DNA of 64,000 bases from Podarcis cretensis (taxonomy: Eukaryota), in contig OX638149.1 in the NCBI GenBank assembly GCA_951804945.1, positions 77,996,001 through 78,060,000 on the forward strand, in the 5' to 3' direction. A model generated the notes under the pieces. It was not told the origin of the DNA, made no database searches, and saw only the letters and a list, made by a program, of their open reading frames with translations. Position numbers and translations under genes: made by a program. Positions within the stretch are counted from its first letter, which is position 1; each line of letters begins with the position of its first letter. Below are positions 35,551-49,696 of this stretch, in pieces.

Positions 35551-36467
35551 TTTTTTCATAAATAATTTTTATTAATTTTCCAACACAAAGATACAATTTT
35601 ATCAAAATTTCCACAAATTTGGTTCTTTTTGGACTTCCTTCGGCTTCTCTGGCAACCATCCATATTTACCTCTCAATTACGCATTCCTCTGTTTATATTG
35701 CCATTAAACTTCCCTCCCACTCCTGTTTCTTTTTAACAATATATCTCAACTTTCACAGTGCTTCTTGAAATCCCACCAGTGTTGTTTGCACATCACATAT
35801 TCTTTTCAGATACTCAACAAATTCCCCCAGTCCTCGATGAACTTTTGGTCTCGAAGATATCTAATTTTTCCGGTTAGTCTGTCCAATTCTGAATAGTCAG
35901 TCAGCTTCAGTCTCCATTCTTCTATTGTCGGTATTTCCTCTTGTTTCCATTTCTGGGCCAGTAGAATTCTTGCTGCTGTGACTGCATATTGAAAAAGTTT
36001 ACAGTCTTTTCTTCTTATTTCATTCCCTGTAATTCCTAAAAGGAAGGTCTCTGGTTTCTTTACAAATGTATACTTTAACATCTTTTTCATTTCATTATAG
36101 ATCATTTCCCAGAAACCCTTCACTTTCTTACACTCCCACCACATATGATAAAACGTACCTTCTTTTTCTTTACATTTCCAACACTTATTACACGTCTTAT
36201 ACATTTTTGCTAATTTTACCGGTGTAATATACCATCTGTAAAACATTTTCATAACATTTTCTTTAAGTACCGTACAAGCCGTAAATCTTAAATTCTCTTT
36301 CCACAGTCTTTCCCAGTCCTCAAACTGAATATTATAACCGAAATTTCTGGCCCATTGTATCATTACCGATTTAACTTCTTCATCTTTGGTATTCCATTCC
36401 AACAATATTTTATACATTTTTGACAAAATTTTACAATTATTATTTATCACGTCTGTCTGGAACTTTG
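35551..36467 (-). mobile_element. L1-clade LINE, 5'-truncated (ORF2 C-terminal Zn-finger region)
   Basis: ORF 35806..36450 with CWKC...HMWWEC; 16-bp TSD GGGCAGTCTGATTCTG (35535-35550, 36468-36483). Confidence 0.93.
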
Positions 36468-36526
36468 GGGCAGTCTGATTCTGGGATTTGGTTCATATGG
36501 CAACATTGGAAGCAGAAATATGAACC

Positions 36527-37617
36527 ATAGAATCATAGAATCATAGCGTTGGAAGAGACCACAAGGGCCATCGAGTCCAACCCGCTGCCAAGCAGGAAAC
36601 ACCATCAGAGCACTCCTGACATATGGTTGTCAAGCCTCTGCTTAAAGACCTCCAAAGAAGGAGACTCCACCACACTCCTTGGCAGCAAATTCCACTGTCG
36701 AACAGCTCTTACTGTCAGGAAGTTCTTCCTAATGTTTAGGTGGAATCTTCTTTCTTGTAGTTTGGATCCATTGCTCCGTGTCCGCTTCTCTGGAGCAGCA
36801 GAAAACAACCTTTCTCCCTCCTCTCTGTGACATCCTTTTATATATTTGAACATGGCTATCATATCACCCCTTAACCTCCTCTTCTCCAGGCTAAACATGC
36901 CCAGCTCCCTTGGCCATTCCTCATAAGGCATCGTTTCCAGGCCTTTGACCATTTTGGTTGCCCTCCTCTGGACTTGTTCCAGTTTGTCAGTGTCCTTCTT
37001 GAACTGTGGTGCCCAGAACTGGACACAGTACTCCAAGTGAGGTCTGACCAGAGCCGAATACAGTGGCACTATTACTTCCCTTGATCTAGATGCTATACTC
37101 CTATTGATGCAGCCCATAATTGCATTGGCTTTTGTAGCTGCCACATCACACTGTTGGCTCATGTCAAGTTTGTGGTCAACCAAGACTCCTAGATCCTTTT
37201 CACATGTACTGCTCTCAAGCCAGGTGTCACCCATCTTGTATTTGTGCCTTTCATTTTTTTTGCCCAAGTGCAATACTTTACATTTTTCCCTGTTAAAATT
37301 CATCTTGTTTGTTTTGGCCCAGTTCTCTAATCTGTCAATGTCGTTTTGAAGTGTGATCCTGTCCTCTGGGGTGTTAGCCACCCCTCCCAGTTTGGTGTCA
37401 TCTGCACATTTGATCAGGATGCCCTTGAGTCCATCATCCAAGTCGTTGATAAAGATGTTGAATAAGACCGGGCCCAAGACAGAACCCTGTGGCACCCCAC
37501 TAGTCACTCTTCTCCAGGATGAAGAGGAATCATTGATGAGCTCCCTTTGGGTTTGGTCAGTCAGCCAGTTACAAATCCACTGAGTGGTAGCATAGTCAAG
37601 ACCGCATAGTCAAGACC
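36527..37617 (-). mobile_element. CR1 LINE, 5'-truncated, young
   Basis: 300-aa ORF with [10 protein letters not shown]...ADDTKL...[14 protein letters not shown]; (ATTCTATG)n tail. Confidence 0.95.
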
Positions 37618-40499
37618 AAGGGCAACTAAAGTGTGGCTTTGTTGCTGGTAAATGCCTGTCCCTCCATCCATTATGTTATAGAATCTGCTTCTATGGTTTC
37701 CGTGGCCCATAACAACCCAAAGAATGCCACACATAGGGATGGGATCGAGCATTCTCTGCACAGTGGCATAAGAACCATTGAGCATGAAGAGTCAGGTTCT
37801 TCTGGCAGTATTCCATAATCTTTGGTGGATTCAGCCCGCAGCCCATGGAGGAAACTTGCATTGACAAGTTAATTTGTAATTAAATCAACAGCAACTTTAG
37901 ACTGGCTAAATGTAAGCCATTCTTAAAACATGCACAAAAATAACTCAGGTGGAAGATGTTTCCATAGTGCTTGCAGATGATTCTGATAATGACTTCACTC
38001 TCACTTCCTGCTTCCCCATACTTTTTACTTCAACTCAACACATATCTGACCTCCTCAGTTGCTGAAATGCATTCAGGAAACCAGTTGATTGAAGGATTTT
38101 AAATATAACAGGCTGCTCAAGGCATCTCCCATTAATGTTTGTGAGGGAGGAATAAATGTCAAGGCTGGCAATGGGGAAGATGCTACAAGAAACAAAGCAC
38201 TCAATAGTGCTGAGCATTTTGGTCAGCAGCAAGCACTGTGGCTCTGAGCAAGACAAACCAAGCGGCCATTGTTCATTTTGTGGCCATTGTTGTTATTTGC
38301 TAAAAAGAAATAATATGAATAAACGAAGCACAACATGAACAAGAATCCAAAAACAACCAGAAAGTATCATCCACATATACACTGTCTATTGAAGTTAGAC
38401 AGGCCTCAACATTATACACATTTCATCAGATGCTAAAAACTCCTGTCTCTGTTCCCTAGAAGAATGGGTTGACTCACAGATTTCTTTGGGGGAACTGTGT
38501 TTAATTTGCATTATTTGTTCTGTTTGTATTGTTTTATACTGATACCATATTTGCTCAAGTTTAGTGGTCTAAACCACTAAAGAATGACAAGTCCAGTCCT
38601 TAGGAGTCTGCATAGACCTGAGGCCAACGGATACAAGCCAGTGGTTTCACACATTGAACGGAAATATTAGCAGAGCATCAGCTAATATAATTTATCATTT
38701 CTACATGAGTGCCCCGCAGCTCAGTAGTTCAGTGGTAGAGCATCTGCATGCAGAAGCTCCCTCTTAGGTTCAGTCCCCAACACCTCCAATTAAGACTGGG
38801 AGAGACCCCCATCTGAAACCCTGAGTTGCTGGTCAGTGTTGGTAACACTGAGCTAGATAGAATATGGTCTGACTTGGTATAAGGCAGCTTCTTGTGTTTC
38901 TGTGCGCAACCATTCTGGATTGTAATCATTATGTACATCCTCTTGGAACAACAGTAAAGTTTAGAAATGCTAACTGATACATCATTATATCTCCTCCAAT
39001 TCTTCATGACTTGGATCATATACAAACTGAAATTCAACCTTAAGATTTTTCTTCTTGCCTTTACAAAGCAAGATGCACCTTGTACCTGGGATAATTTATA
39101 TGAGTTGTGTATTCAATGAAATAGAATTATATTGTTCAAAGAAATAATTAAGGAGAAGCTGTAATTAATGTAGCCTTTATTACTTTCAAAGCAACTCGCG
39201 AATCCAGCAACCAACTCATTTGACTGAGAACCAAACAGCATCTACAAAGTAAAACGCAAAGTAGGGTGAGATTGAAATCAATGGGGCTTAACCCCATATA
39301 AGTAGGATTAGGACTGCATCCTTACTCAGTGCTAGGCCAACACTGCATTTACATAGGAAACTGCCTTATAATGAGTCCAACAAGTGCAGAGACAATGATC
39401 TGCCCACCTCGCTCTTGTCTGAATCAGCCCATCTAGGTGTGTTGTTTACATTGACTGGCAATGGCTTTCCTGGGTTTCAGGCAAGGGCCCGAGTTTTGAT
39501 CATATGGATTTGCTGCTGGGATTCAATGTAACATCGTCAACCTATGACTTTCTTTAATATTTCACATGTGTCCATATCGCAGGAAATCTGATTATCAGAA
39601 ATCTGCAGAATGAGTGACTGTTTATACGTGTAGATTGTCATTGTCATGGGAGAGGGATTCTGAGGAATGAAAGAAAGAGGAAGAAATGTGATTGTTCAAC
39701 CACTTTGCAATGTCTTAATTATGCAATGAAAGCATATAGTTCTTAGTACCTAAATAAACTGGCAGAGAAATAATATTTTAATATTGGACAGTAAAAATAC
39801 TGAAATAACTGGTCTCTATTTGCCATAGGATGGGCATCCTTTTTTTTTTAACTTTCATACCCCTTTTCCTGGCCATATAGCTTAACATTATCCACTGTGT
39901 GATTCAGCACAATTGTGCCATAAGCTTCTCCTACAAAGGCAAATGCTACTGACATGTTTCATGGTAAGGATCCACTTGGTTGAATCCTAAAATCCATGAG
40001 GAAAGCACCTCCATCAATTCCTGTTCTTCACTCCCAACAATCTCTTGAGACCCCCTCCAAAAATCTGTTCCGGAAGGTGTGGGAGACTTTTTGGAACAAC
40101 ATGGCAGATGAAGCGAGAAGAATTGGCAACAACAACAAAAAATCTATCCAATTTCCTTAGTGGTAGGCTCTGATGGATTGTAGTCACCTCTATGAACAGA
40201 AGGGCTCCTTCAACTTGTGGGGAAACTATGGTGGATCTAAGCCACTATATCAGTGATAAGGAACTTACAGCCCTGCAGTTGCTGCTAGACTGCAACTCCC
40301 ATCATGTCTGACCCTTGCCCAGTCTGACTGGCTGAGGTTGATAGGAGTCAAGATGTTGATAGTTCAACAAAGATGTGGATAGGCACCCCTTCCTCCCCTC
40401 CCCTTTGCAGTAAATGGTGCCCCTGTGTTATCTGTCAAAGCTTAACTATATAATTCAGGCTCTTTCCAGGTGCTAATTGTTTTAATTAACTGGGGGTTA

Positions 40500-40566
40500 T
40501 AGAGCTTAATTGGTTTCATCAACAAGGTTCTTAGAGCTTAATTGGTTTCATTAACAAGATTTTATA
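40500..40566. repeat. 32-bp tandem duplication
   Basis: AGAGCTTAATTGGTTTCAT(C/T)AACAAG present twice. Confidence 0.85.
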
Positions 40567-41406
40567 GAGTTCTGTGACAGGGCTCTTACACAGTTTTGCT
40601 GCAAGATTTCTTCCAGACCAAAAGAAGAGTTGAAGGAAGGTGTCTAGAGGTGAGATTGTCATTACAGGAACAGTGCATAGTTACCACCTGAGGTTTCTGA
40701 CCCAAGTCCCCCAGTTCCTTTCCTTCTCAGACTTATCCCTATCCTTTAACTTTGTCTGTGGTTCATCCCCTCAGATCCTATGAAGTTACTATTGCAGGTT
40801 GTTCCCCCATAGTTTACATTTGCTTTCCAGTAGATAAAGCCTTCTCCTTTGACTCTTGGTAGATCTTTTTCTGAAGTGGAGGGGTAAAGAAAGTTCAAGT
40901 TTTTAAAAGCAGAGCTGAAGAATTCAAGAAAAGAGAGCTTGAAAGGAGGGGGGGGGGCATATTTGCAATGCGCTTCAAGATTTACTCTTTATAAAGGGAT
41001 TTAGATTTTACAGTAATAATGCTCAGAGAACTGCCACTTTTGTGCTTCTGAAGGGAAAGCAATGAGACTGGATCAGACTCAAGGACTGAAGTAGACTGCT
41101 CTTAGGTTTAGTTAATTCCTCTCATTATCTTGAGAAGCAAAGAAAGGACAAGTTCTGGGCAATCACATCCACCCACCCCCAAAAAATCTGCTCTGGGATA
41201 TGGATTGTATAATTTTTTTCTACTTTTCCAGAGATACTCAATGCATTAGGCTTCTATGCAAAATTCATGAATAGAAATGGTTTAAGAGTTGCAAGTCTGA
41301 GACTTTGGTCTGGACTGAGGATCATGAAGAGGAAGTGTAAGATTTCCCTAAAGCTAAAAGTAGGCATTGCACATTTTTAAAAAGTTTTAAAAGAGAATAT
41401 TCTGAT

Positions 41407-41490
41407 TTTCTTTCTCTTTCTTTCTTTCTTTCTTTCTCTCTTTCTTTCTTTCTTTCTCTCTTTCTCTCTTTCTCTCTCTCTCTCTTTCTC
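41407..41490. repeat. (TTTC)n/(TC)n microsatellite
   Basis: Read directly. Confidence 0.95.
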
Positions 41491-42367
41491 AGTGGGTGAG
41501 GGTGACATGAAAATGTATGATGTATGCACCTAGGTTTTACAAAAGGCAAGAGACCTGTTATATAATTCACCCCAAAACAAACCAATCTGAATTCCCATTG
41601 ATTTCAGGGAATTAAACATGTTCAGCTCTCAAAGAGTACTTGACTGGATGGATGATGCCCAGTATTTGTAAAGGGAGTGTGTTTGTTTCCATTCCCACAG
41701 TACTTTTAGAGGTATGCCCCCACTTGCTTAAAGCTATTTCCTATCTTTTACACCCAAAGAACTCCCACTACTCTATAAAGCCAATAAGAAATGTAAACTT
41801 AATCAGAAAACTGCAGATAAAGTGCTGAAAAGTGTTATGGGACAAAAGCAGTATTGTAATTGAAACATGTGTTTGACATGTATTTACATTGTAGGCGTGT
41901 CTATAAATGTTAACAGAGACCCCCTTGGAACTCTTATCCCTTATCAATTTCCTTCAATAGTATTTATTGTAATAATTAAGGCACTGGACTGCTCAGCAAT
42001 CCTCCGGCATGTTTTCTGAATGGGAGATAATACTTGAGATATATGCAACGCACCATTCAAATGTTGCTGACTGTAAGAGAGATGGGTTTCATCTTCTATT
42101 TACTAATTGTAAGTTCAGCCAACTTTCAGCTAAAGACTGACTCCCAAGTGACAAACAATTAAAATACAATACAAAAAAAAAGACCATTTCAGATGTGTCC
42201 AGGCATAATGGAAGAGTGCTTAAATACTGCTGTCTTGCCTCTGATGGCCTCACTGATGGCAGCTAGTAACTGAAGCAGGAGGACTGCTGCTGCTGCCCAG
42301 CAAGGACCATCCTGCTGACAGCTTGAGGGCCATGCTCCTGCCTCTCTCTACCTGGGCCAGCAAGGAC

Positions 42368-45300
42368 TTTTTGAGTTTGTGTTCCTTGAGTTGGGCAATC
42401 AGGACAGATTAGGGAGTCTGCTTGTTTACTGCCCGCCTCGCTACCCAGCAGTCTCCCTGCCTGAGCTGACAGAGCTGGTCTCAGAGGCGGTGTTGAGGAC
42501 TCCCAGACTGCTGGTTCTGGGAGACTTCAATATCCATGCTGAGGCAGCTGGCTCTGGGGTGACTTAGGACTTCATGGCCACCATGACAACCATGGGGCTG
42601 TCCCAACATGTCACCAGCCCAACACACATGGCAGGCCACACTCTGGATCTAGTCTTCATGACTGGGCAGGAAGAGGGTGATTTGAAGGTGGGGGACATTG
42701 ACATCAGTCCCTTGGCATGGTCAAATCATTTCCTGTTGAGATTTAGGCTGTCCGCAGAGATAGGGGGCCTATTAGATAGGTCCACCCTCAGATACTGATG
42801 GATCCAGTGGGATTCCAAACGGCTCTGGGGGGTTTTCTGGCTGAAATTAATGGTGTCCCTGTCAAAGCCCTGGCTGACCTCTGGAACCCCCCAAATGGCT
42901 TGGGCTAGTGATACAATCACCCCTGAGTGCCCTCTCCCACTATGTGGAGTCCATTTGGCCCCCTGGTATACTCCAGAGCTTTAGGGCAAGGAAACAAGGT
43001 GGGAGATGGCTTGAACACAAGTGGAGCAAAAATCATAATGAATGAAACCGCACTGGTAAGAGCTCAATTATTGAGTCTACCTAGCAGCAGTGAAGGCAGC
43101 AATGAAGACATACTTTGCTGCCTCCATTGCATTCTCATTATGTCGTCTGGCAGAGCTTTTCTGGGTTGTAATGGGGTCTTTTACAGGCTGCTCCAAAAGA
43201 GGTAGTAGACCCAAAGATAGCTCAATGTGACTAGTTTGCAGCATTTTGAGGATAAAATTGCTTGCATCCACTAAGAACTTGACTTTGCTGTTATAGCAGA
43301 TGAATCTCATGGGGTGTCCAGAGCACAGTCTAGTCCTGTTATCTTGGATGAATTTCAGTTGGTAAGGCTTCAGGATGTGGACAAGGTGCCCAGATTGGTC
43401 AGGGAGACCACTTGCACTCTAGACCCTTGCCCCTCTTGGCTAATAAAAACCAGCAGGGAGGGAACAGCTGGCTGAGCCAGGGAAGTGATCAATGCCTCTT
43501 TAAGAGAGGGGGTGGTCCCTGCCTATTTGAAGGAGGCAGTGGTAAAACCTATCCTTAAGAAACCTTCCCAGTTCAGAAAACCTAACTAACTACTGGTCAG
43601 TTGCCAATATCCCTTTCCTAAGCAAAGTTCTGGAGTGAGTGGTTGCAGACCAGATCCAGGGCTTTTGGAAGAAACTGACTTTCTGGATCCATTTCAACTG
43701 GAGTTTAGGCCCGGTTTTGACACAGAAACTGCTTTTGTCACCCTGTATAATGACCTCTGTTGAGAGAGAGACAGGGGAAACATGTCCCTGTTAATTCTAC
43801 TCAACTTCTCAGAGGCTTTCAGTACCATCGACCATTGTATCCTTCTGGACCAACTGTCCGAACTAGGGGTGAATGGCACTGCTTTGTGGTGGTTCCAGTC
43901 CTACTTGGATTATCGTTCCCAGAAGGTGTTGGTTGGGGAATGCTTTTCAGCCCCACGGAACCTTCAATGTGGGGTTCCAGAGGGCTCAATCCTATCTCCT
44001 ATGTTGTTTAACATCTACATGAAAATGCTGGGTGGTTTGGAGTACATTGCCAGCAGTATGCTGATGACACTCAGCTCTTTACATCTGCAGTTGAGGCAGT
44101 GGAAGTGCTGGACCAGTGTCTTGCATCGGTAATGGACTGGATGAGAGCCAGCAAACTGATATTCAACCCAGATAAGACTGAAACACTGTTGGTGGGTGGT
44201 ACCCTAGACCGGGAGAGAGATCACCTGCTCTTGATGGGGTTACACTTCCTCTGAAGGAGCAGGTTTGTAGCTTGGGGGTACTCCTGGATCCTTTGCTGTC
44301 ACTCGAGGCTGAGATGGCCTCAGTGGCCCGGAGTGCCTTCCATCAGCTTCGGTTGGTGGCCCAGCAATCTGGACAGGGATAGCCTAATTACTGTTGTCTA
44401 TGCTCTGGTAACCTCAAGGTTAAAGGTAAAGGTAAAGGTACCCCTGCCCGTACGGGCCAGTCTTGACAGACTCTGGGGTTGTGCGCCCATCTCACTTAAG
44501 AGGCCAGGGGCCAGCGCTGTCCGGAGACACTTCCGGGTCACATGGCCAGCGTGACATCGCTGCTCTGGCAAGCCAGAGCCGCACACGGAAACGCCGTTTA
44601 CCTTCCCGCTGGTAAGCGGTCCCTATTTATCTACTTGCACCCGGAGGTGCTTTCGAGCTGCTAGGTTGGCAGGCGCTGGGACCGAGCAGTAGGAGCGCAC
44701 CCCGCCGCAGGGATTCGAACCGCCGACCTTTCGATCGGCAAGTCCTAGGCACTGAGGCTTTAACCCACAGCGCCACCTGCGTCCCCACCTCAAGGTTAGA
44801 TTACTGCAATGTGTTATATGTAGGGCTGCCTCTACCTGGCCTCAGATTCAGAAACCTTAGCGAGTGTGGAATTCAGTGGTCAGGTTGCTCACCAGAGTAT
44901 ATTACACCAATCCCGGTCAGACTGCACTGGCTACCAATTATTTCCAGGCCCAATTCAAAGTGCTGGTTTTGACCTATAAAGCCTTAAACAGCTCAGGACT
45001 GTAATACCTCAAGGATCACCTCTTTCTATATGAACCTACCCAGACTCTGAGATCATCTTCTGAGCCCCTTCTTTGTGTGTCTTTGTGTGACCTTTGAGAG
45101 GTCCAGAGGGTGGCAACACGAGAACGGGCCTTCGCTTCAGTTGGCTCCCCATCTGTGGAATGCTCTCCCCAGGGAAGTTCGCCTGGCACCTTCATTATAC
45201 ACCTTTTGGCGCAAGGCAAAAACGTTCCTTTTTAACCAGGCTTTTGGTTGATTGACATCCTATGCCCTTTTAAAATCTGGTGGGGGTTTTCTTGGGGGGA

Positions 45301-45420
45301 TTATTGGGTGGTGGTTGTTTTTATTTTGATTATGTATTTTGTGGTTTTATATTTTGATTTTATTCTGTGAACCGCCCTGAGACCTCCGGGTATTGGGTGG
45401 TATATAGATTCTAATAACAA
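42368..45420 (+). mobile_element. Old L2-clade LINE covering endonuclease through RT and 3' end, degenerate, interrupted by a Sauria SINE
   Basis: LVLGDFNIH and GHTLDL (APE endonuclease), AFSTIDH and GVPEGSILSPMLFNIY (RT); many frameshifts. Confidence 0.9.
44423..44786 (-). mobile_element. Sauria SINE (subfamily A) nested in L2
   Basis: 12-bp TSD ACCTCAAGGTTA (44411-44422, 44787-44798). Confidence 0.95.
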
Positions 45421-47105
45421 TAATGAGAAGGAGGAGGAGGAAGAAGAGGAGGAGTCTGGCCACCCCCAATTTGTAACAGTATAAAGAGCACTTTTCTTTC
45501 TTGTGGAGTGGAATGTTACGCTTCTATGGTTGATTCTTAGGAAGGTTAGAAACTTTTAGGATAGGTTCATGTTAAAAGGTGCCTTTCCTGGCCACTACCA
45601 ATGCAATGTGGAATATTGTGTGCCAATAGCCTTTCATGAGAGGTTTATCTCATGTTAATATTGACAGAAAGGGCTGGTTTGAGTTGTTCGCCTTATCAAC
45701 ACACCTTTCTTGATAAAGCCCCAATGGTGGCTGTAAGTATTCCATGGTTTCCAACATCTTTGTAGAGATGTGCATAGGCAGAATATTTTTTTGTGCTCTG
45801 GAAAGAAATAGAATGTGAAGATTTCGTATCAGTATGCCATAGCAAGAGCTTGGATCATGGGAGGTTTTGAAACCAATGTGGCCAGCCTGCTAAAGCCCTC
45901 TCTTTCCTTTCCTTCTCTTCCTCTACACCTGGGAGAGAATGGGAAAAGGTAAATTTGCTTTTATGGTGTGGGTCTAGATGGTATGGAACACCTTTGTATG
46001 CTCATTCATTCACTCTGATTCACTAAAGCAAATGGGTGGGAAAGCCTTTCAGTGCTGACAATATTTGGTTTCAATTCAATGCCTCTGAGAAGCTGATTCT
46101 CATAGAGTAGTACAAATCTGGAGTTATTTCTCTGACGCTAGTTGTCTTTAAGGGGGTGCGATGCAACATTTGCTGGAAAATACAGTGTTCATATGTTTGG
46201 CCGGGGAGGGGGGGAGGGTCCCTAAGTGATGGTTTCTGAGATGTCTTGACATGTGTTTCTGTTAGCTGGTATGACAAGCTTATAGCAGTGGTGGGCAACC
46301 TCCAGCCCATAGGGCTAATTAGGTCTGGCATGCGTCCCAGTTTGGCCCATGAGGATGTCTGCTCCAAATCACACCCATTTGCCCTACACCTGGTGTCATA
46401 TGTGTTTGACAGGAGATTGAAAGGCCCTTACCATCCATAGAAGAGGTCCACTCCTGGTTTATGGAAACCACTTTGACATTTATTCAGTATAGTACATAGA
46501 ATCATAGAATCACAAACTTCCCATCAGCTTTCTCTTGTGTACAGGTGATTCTTGCATCTGAAGGCCTTGAAGTGCTGGCAGTATGGATTCTGCTTCCCAT
46601 TTAAAAAGACTTACAGCACAATTCAACACAGACTTTCTTAGAAGTGCATTCCATCCAGTAGTGAGTATGGATAGGATTGCAGGCAAGAAACTTGCAAATC
46701 TTTAGATAAACTTCTGTCAGTGACCCAAGAGGAAACTGAATCTGAAGTAGTATTTCAAGATCGCAAATTTCATTCCATGAAGACCTCCCCACTCCCAATT
46801 CTGCTTTTTAAACTGCCATATAGCATAGCTTTCAGGTTCAGTTAATAACCCAAAGATTGCCTCTTATTTTCAAATACTTCCTTTATTTGAAAAAACCTGC
46901 AAGCTCATGATTCACAAAGCCCCATAAACAGTTTTAGTTCTCTTTGGTTTTGAAACATCGTCTTAGAGACGTGTGCAGGAGGAAGGGACATACAACATAG
47001 AAAGCTGCCTTATACAGAATCAGACCATGGTCCCACCTGGCTCAAGACTGTCTACACTAACTGGCAGCATCTTTCCAGATCTCCAGACAGGGAGTCTCTT
47101 CCAAT

Positions 47106-47438
47106 CAGGAGTGGAGGAAGGGGGGCAGGGTGTGTGTCTGCCCTGGGTGTCACCACTGAGGGGGGTGACAAAATGCCAGGCGGCACTCAGTGCACCCGAG
47201 CCATAAGTCTCTCCTGGAAGTGACGTGGTGGCTTGGGTGCCCGCAGGCTGCACACTGCCCCAAATGGTCTGCCCGCCTCCTCCTCCTCAGCTGTAGGGCA
47301 GCTGAGTGGGAGGAGGCAGACAGACTCCTCGGAGGCCCCACGGAGCATCCTGCCCTGGCTTGCCCTGCCCCACAGGTGGTTGGCCCTGCCCCCACGGGCA
47401 TGCCACCCCAGGCACCCGATCAGCTTGCTCCACCACTG
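47106..47438. mobile_element. GC-rich hAT-like MITE nested in a tRNA SINE
   Basis: CAG..GTGGAG / CTCCACCACTG termini; TSD CTTCCAAT/CTTCCAAC; host SINE resumes on both sides. Confidence 0.75.
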
Positions 47439-47918
47439 CTTCCAACCATATCTGGAGATACCAGGAATTGAGCACGATACCTTCTACATGCAAAACAGAT
47501 GCTATATAAATTTCCTGAAGAATCTGTGTGTATATGCGTGTGGAGAAACCTGAGCTTTGCAAGGAAATCCATGTGCTGGGAAGCTTACAATATTAAAACA
47601 CAAAAATACACAACATAATAACAAACAAGACAATACCCCACCCCCACTGGTTTAAAAGGCCATCATTTGTTAAGTTAGCCAAATGCCTGGGAGAAGAGGA
47701 ATGCTTTTGCCTGGCTCCTAAAGATATACAACGAAGGCACCAGGTGGGCCTCCCTGATGGGAAGTGGTCCTAAGATGCCACACTTAGGTAGATGGCTTGT
47801 CAGTTACATGATTCAAGGTACGCTGACCATTGTGCTGTGGAAAATAAACTTGCAAATACTGAAAGATTAAGAGAAGGAATGCAGGGGTATATGGAATGTG
47901 GAAGATACTGGGCTTTTT

Positions 47919-47921
47919 TAA

Positions 47922-47957
<36 letters not shown>

Positions 47958-47989
47958 GAAAGAAAGAAAGAGAAAGAAAGAAAGAAAAG
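47919..47989. repeat. (AAAG)n microsatellite
   Basis: Read directly. Confidence 0.95.
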
Positions 47990-49339
47990 AACTTACAAAC
48001 CAGATTGGTGGGATTCAATACTTATAACAAGTATTAAAGTGTGGCCAGTGAGTAATATGTGCACAATCTCTAGTGTTTGTCCAAGACCAAGATGCACTTA
48101 GGTGGAAGCTCTTTTCAGATGAACGTGACTTCATGTCAAAGACATAAATACATTTAGGGATGAGAAGTAGGGCAGGAATTGACAGGCTGGCCTCTCAGTA
48201 AGAATATCGGTTACACCTTTTTCATGCTGCCCGCAACTCCTTTAACTTGAATTAATCTTGGAAGTTATCAATTACTTCCTTTCCAGCAAAGAAGCTGGTA
48301 GACAAATACTCTCACCGGCAGCTTCTGCAGTGTAATAAAAGTGTGACCAAGACCACCATCCCCCCTCTATGCTTCAGAATTAGATAACTGTTGCCAGCAT
48401 CTTTGCTTAGAGCTTCAGAAACACAGTATTTCAAGAAGTTGTGATTTATGTTGGCTCCCACCTAAGCAAACATAGCTAATGAGAACATGGTTCTTGAGAA
48501 ACCTGGTCAAAGCCCACACTGCAAAGGCATCAATAAATAAACGGAGCTAAGTGCATTAACTGCTGTTGTATAACCAGCAACCACAGATTCACACTGCAAA
48601 GTATGAACACAGGAGATTAGGAAGGGCAAACCCTAATAAAATCTTAAATACACAAACTGCTCTTGGCAATATCTGGAACAGGACCCAAGTGATCTGAGCA
48701 GTCTATCATGTAATAATAATGGCGTGGGTTGAACTTCAACAGAGGGTGAGAGCCTGAACAGAGACGGCTATTGTCACACAGCCCACTTGAGCTACTGGAG
48801 GGCAAGTTATTTTCCGTTCTTGTTGTATCTTCAGAACAAGGCACGAAAGCTGCTAGCTGGGTTTCATGGTGTGAAAGCAGTCCTTAATGAAATATTGTGT
48901 ATTTGAGACAATGCTTGTGCTAGTTGGCATCAAAGGGTACTTTGTGCCTGTTCAGCCTGTGAAAAGAAACTTCTGCTAAGTGTGCTGAAATAGGTCAAGA
49001 TAAGGATCTCCTTATGCTGTGTCCTGCATTTTCATTCCAAAACAACCATAAAGTATAAAAGCCTACACTTCATCGAAGTGCTATTTGACAACAAGCCTTG
49101 CATAGGAATGTAGAAGAAACTTTCCTCAAAGCGAATAAGTTGGGCAAGTCAGGAGAGAGTAGTTCATGTTTCACTCAGTCACTTTGAGGGCTTAATTTAA
49201 TTCACTGGATGCTTTACAGCCAAGATGTCATGTGCTTGCAATGTTTTGATGCATGGACTGCCAACCTGTGGCTCAGGGGCCACACATAGCATATATAGGC
49301 AGGGCTTATGGCAGCAAGGCAGGGCTTATGGCAGCAGGA

Positions 49340-49696
49340 GGGATGCAAGTGGTGCTGTGGGTTAAACCACAGAGCCTAGGACTTGCTGATCAGAAGGTCG
49401 GCGGTTCAAATCCCTGCAATGGGGTGAGCTCCCGTTGCTTGGTCCCAGCTCCTGCCCACCTAGCAGTTCGAAAGCACGTCAAAGTACAAGTTGATAAATA
49501 GGTACTGCTCCGACGGGAAGGTAAACGGCATTTCCGTGCGCTGCTCTGGTTCGCCAGAAGCAGCTTAGTCATGCTGGCCACATGATCCGGAAGCTGTACA
49601 CCGGCTCCCTCAGCCAATAAAGCAAGATGAGCATCACAACCCCAGAGTCGGCCACGACTGGACCTAATGGTCAGGGGTCCCTTTACCTTTACCTTT
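49340..49696 (+). mobile_element. Sauria SINE (subfamily B)
   Basis: TSD TTATGGCAGCAGGAGG; (ACCTTT)n tail. Confidence 0.94.

Noticed and set aside
36605-37507. 300-aa reverse transcriptase ORF as a host gene or retron-like system
   Set aside because: Ordinary 5'-truncated CR1 ORF2 with the octamer tail. ORFs 545..1336 and 35806..36450 are likewise L2 and L1 remnants.
47020-47562. Cluster of overlapping GC-rich ORFs
   Set aside because: Explained by a GC-rich MITE nested in a SINE.
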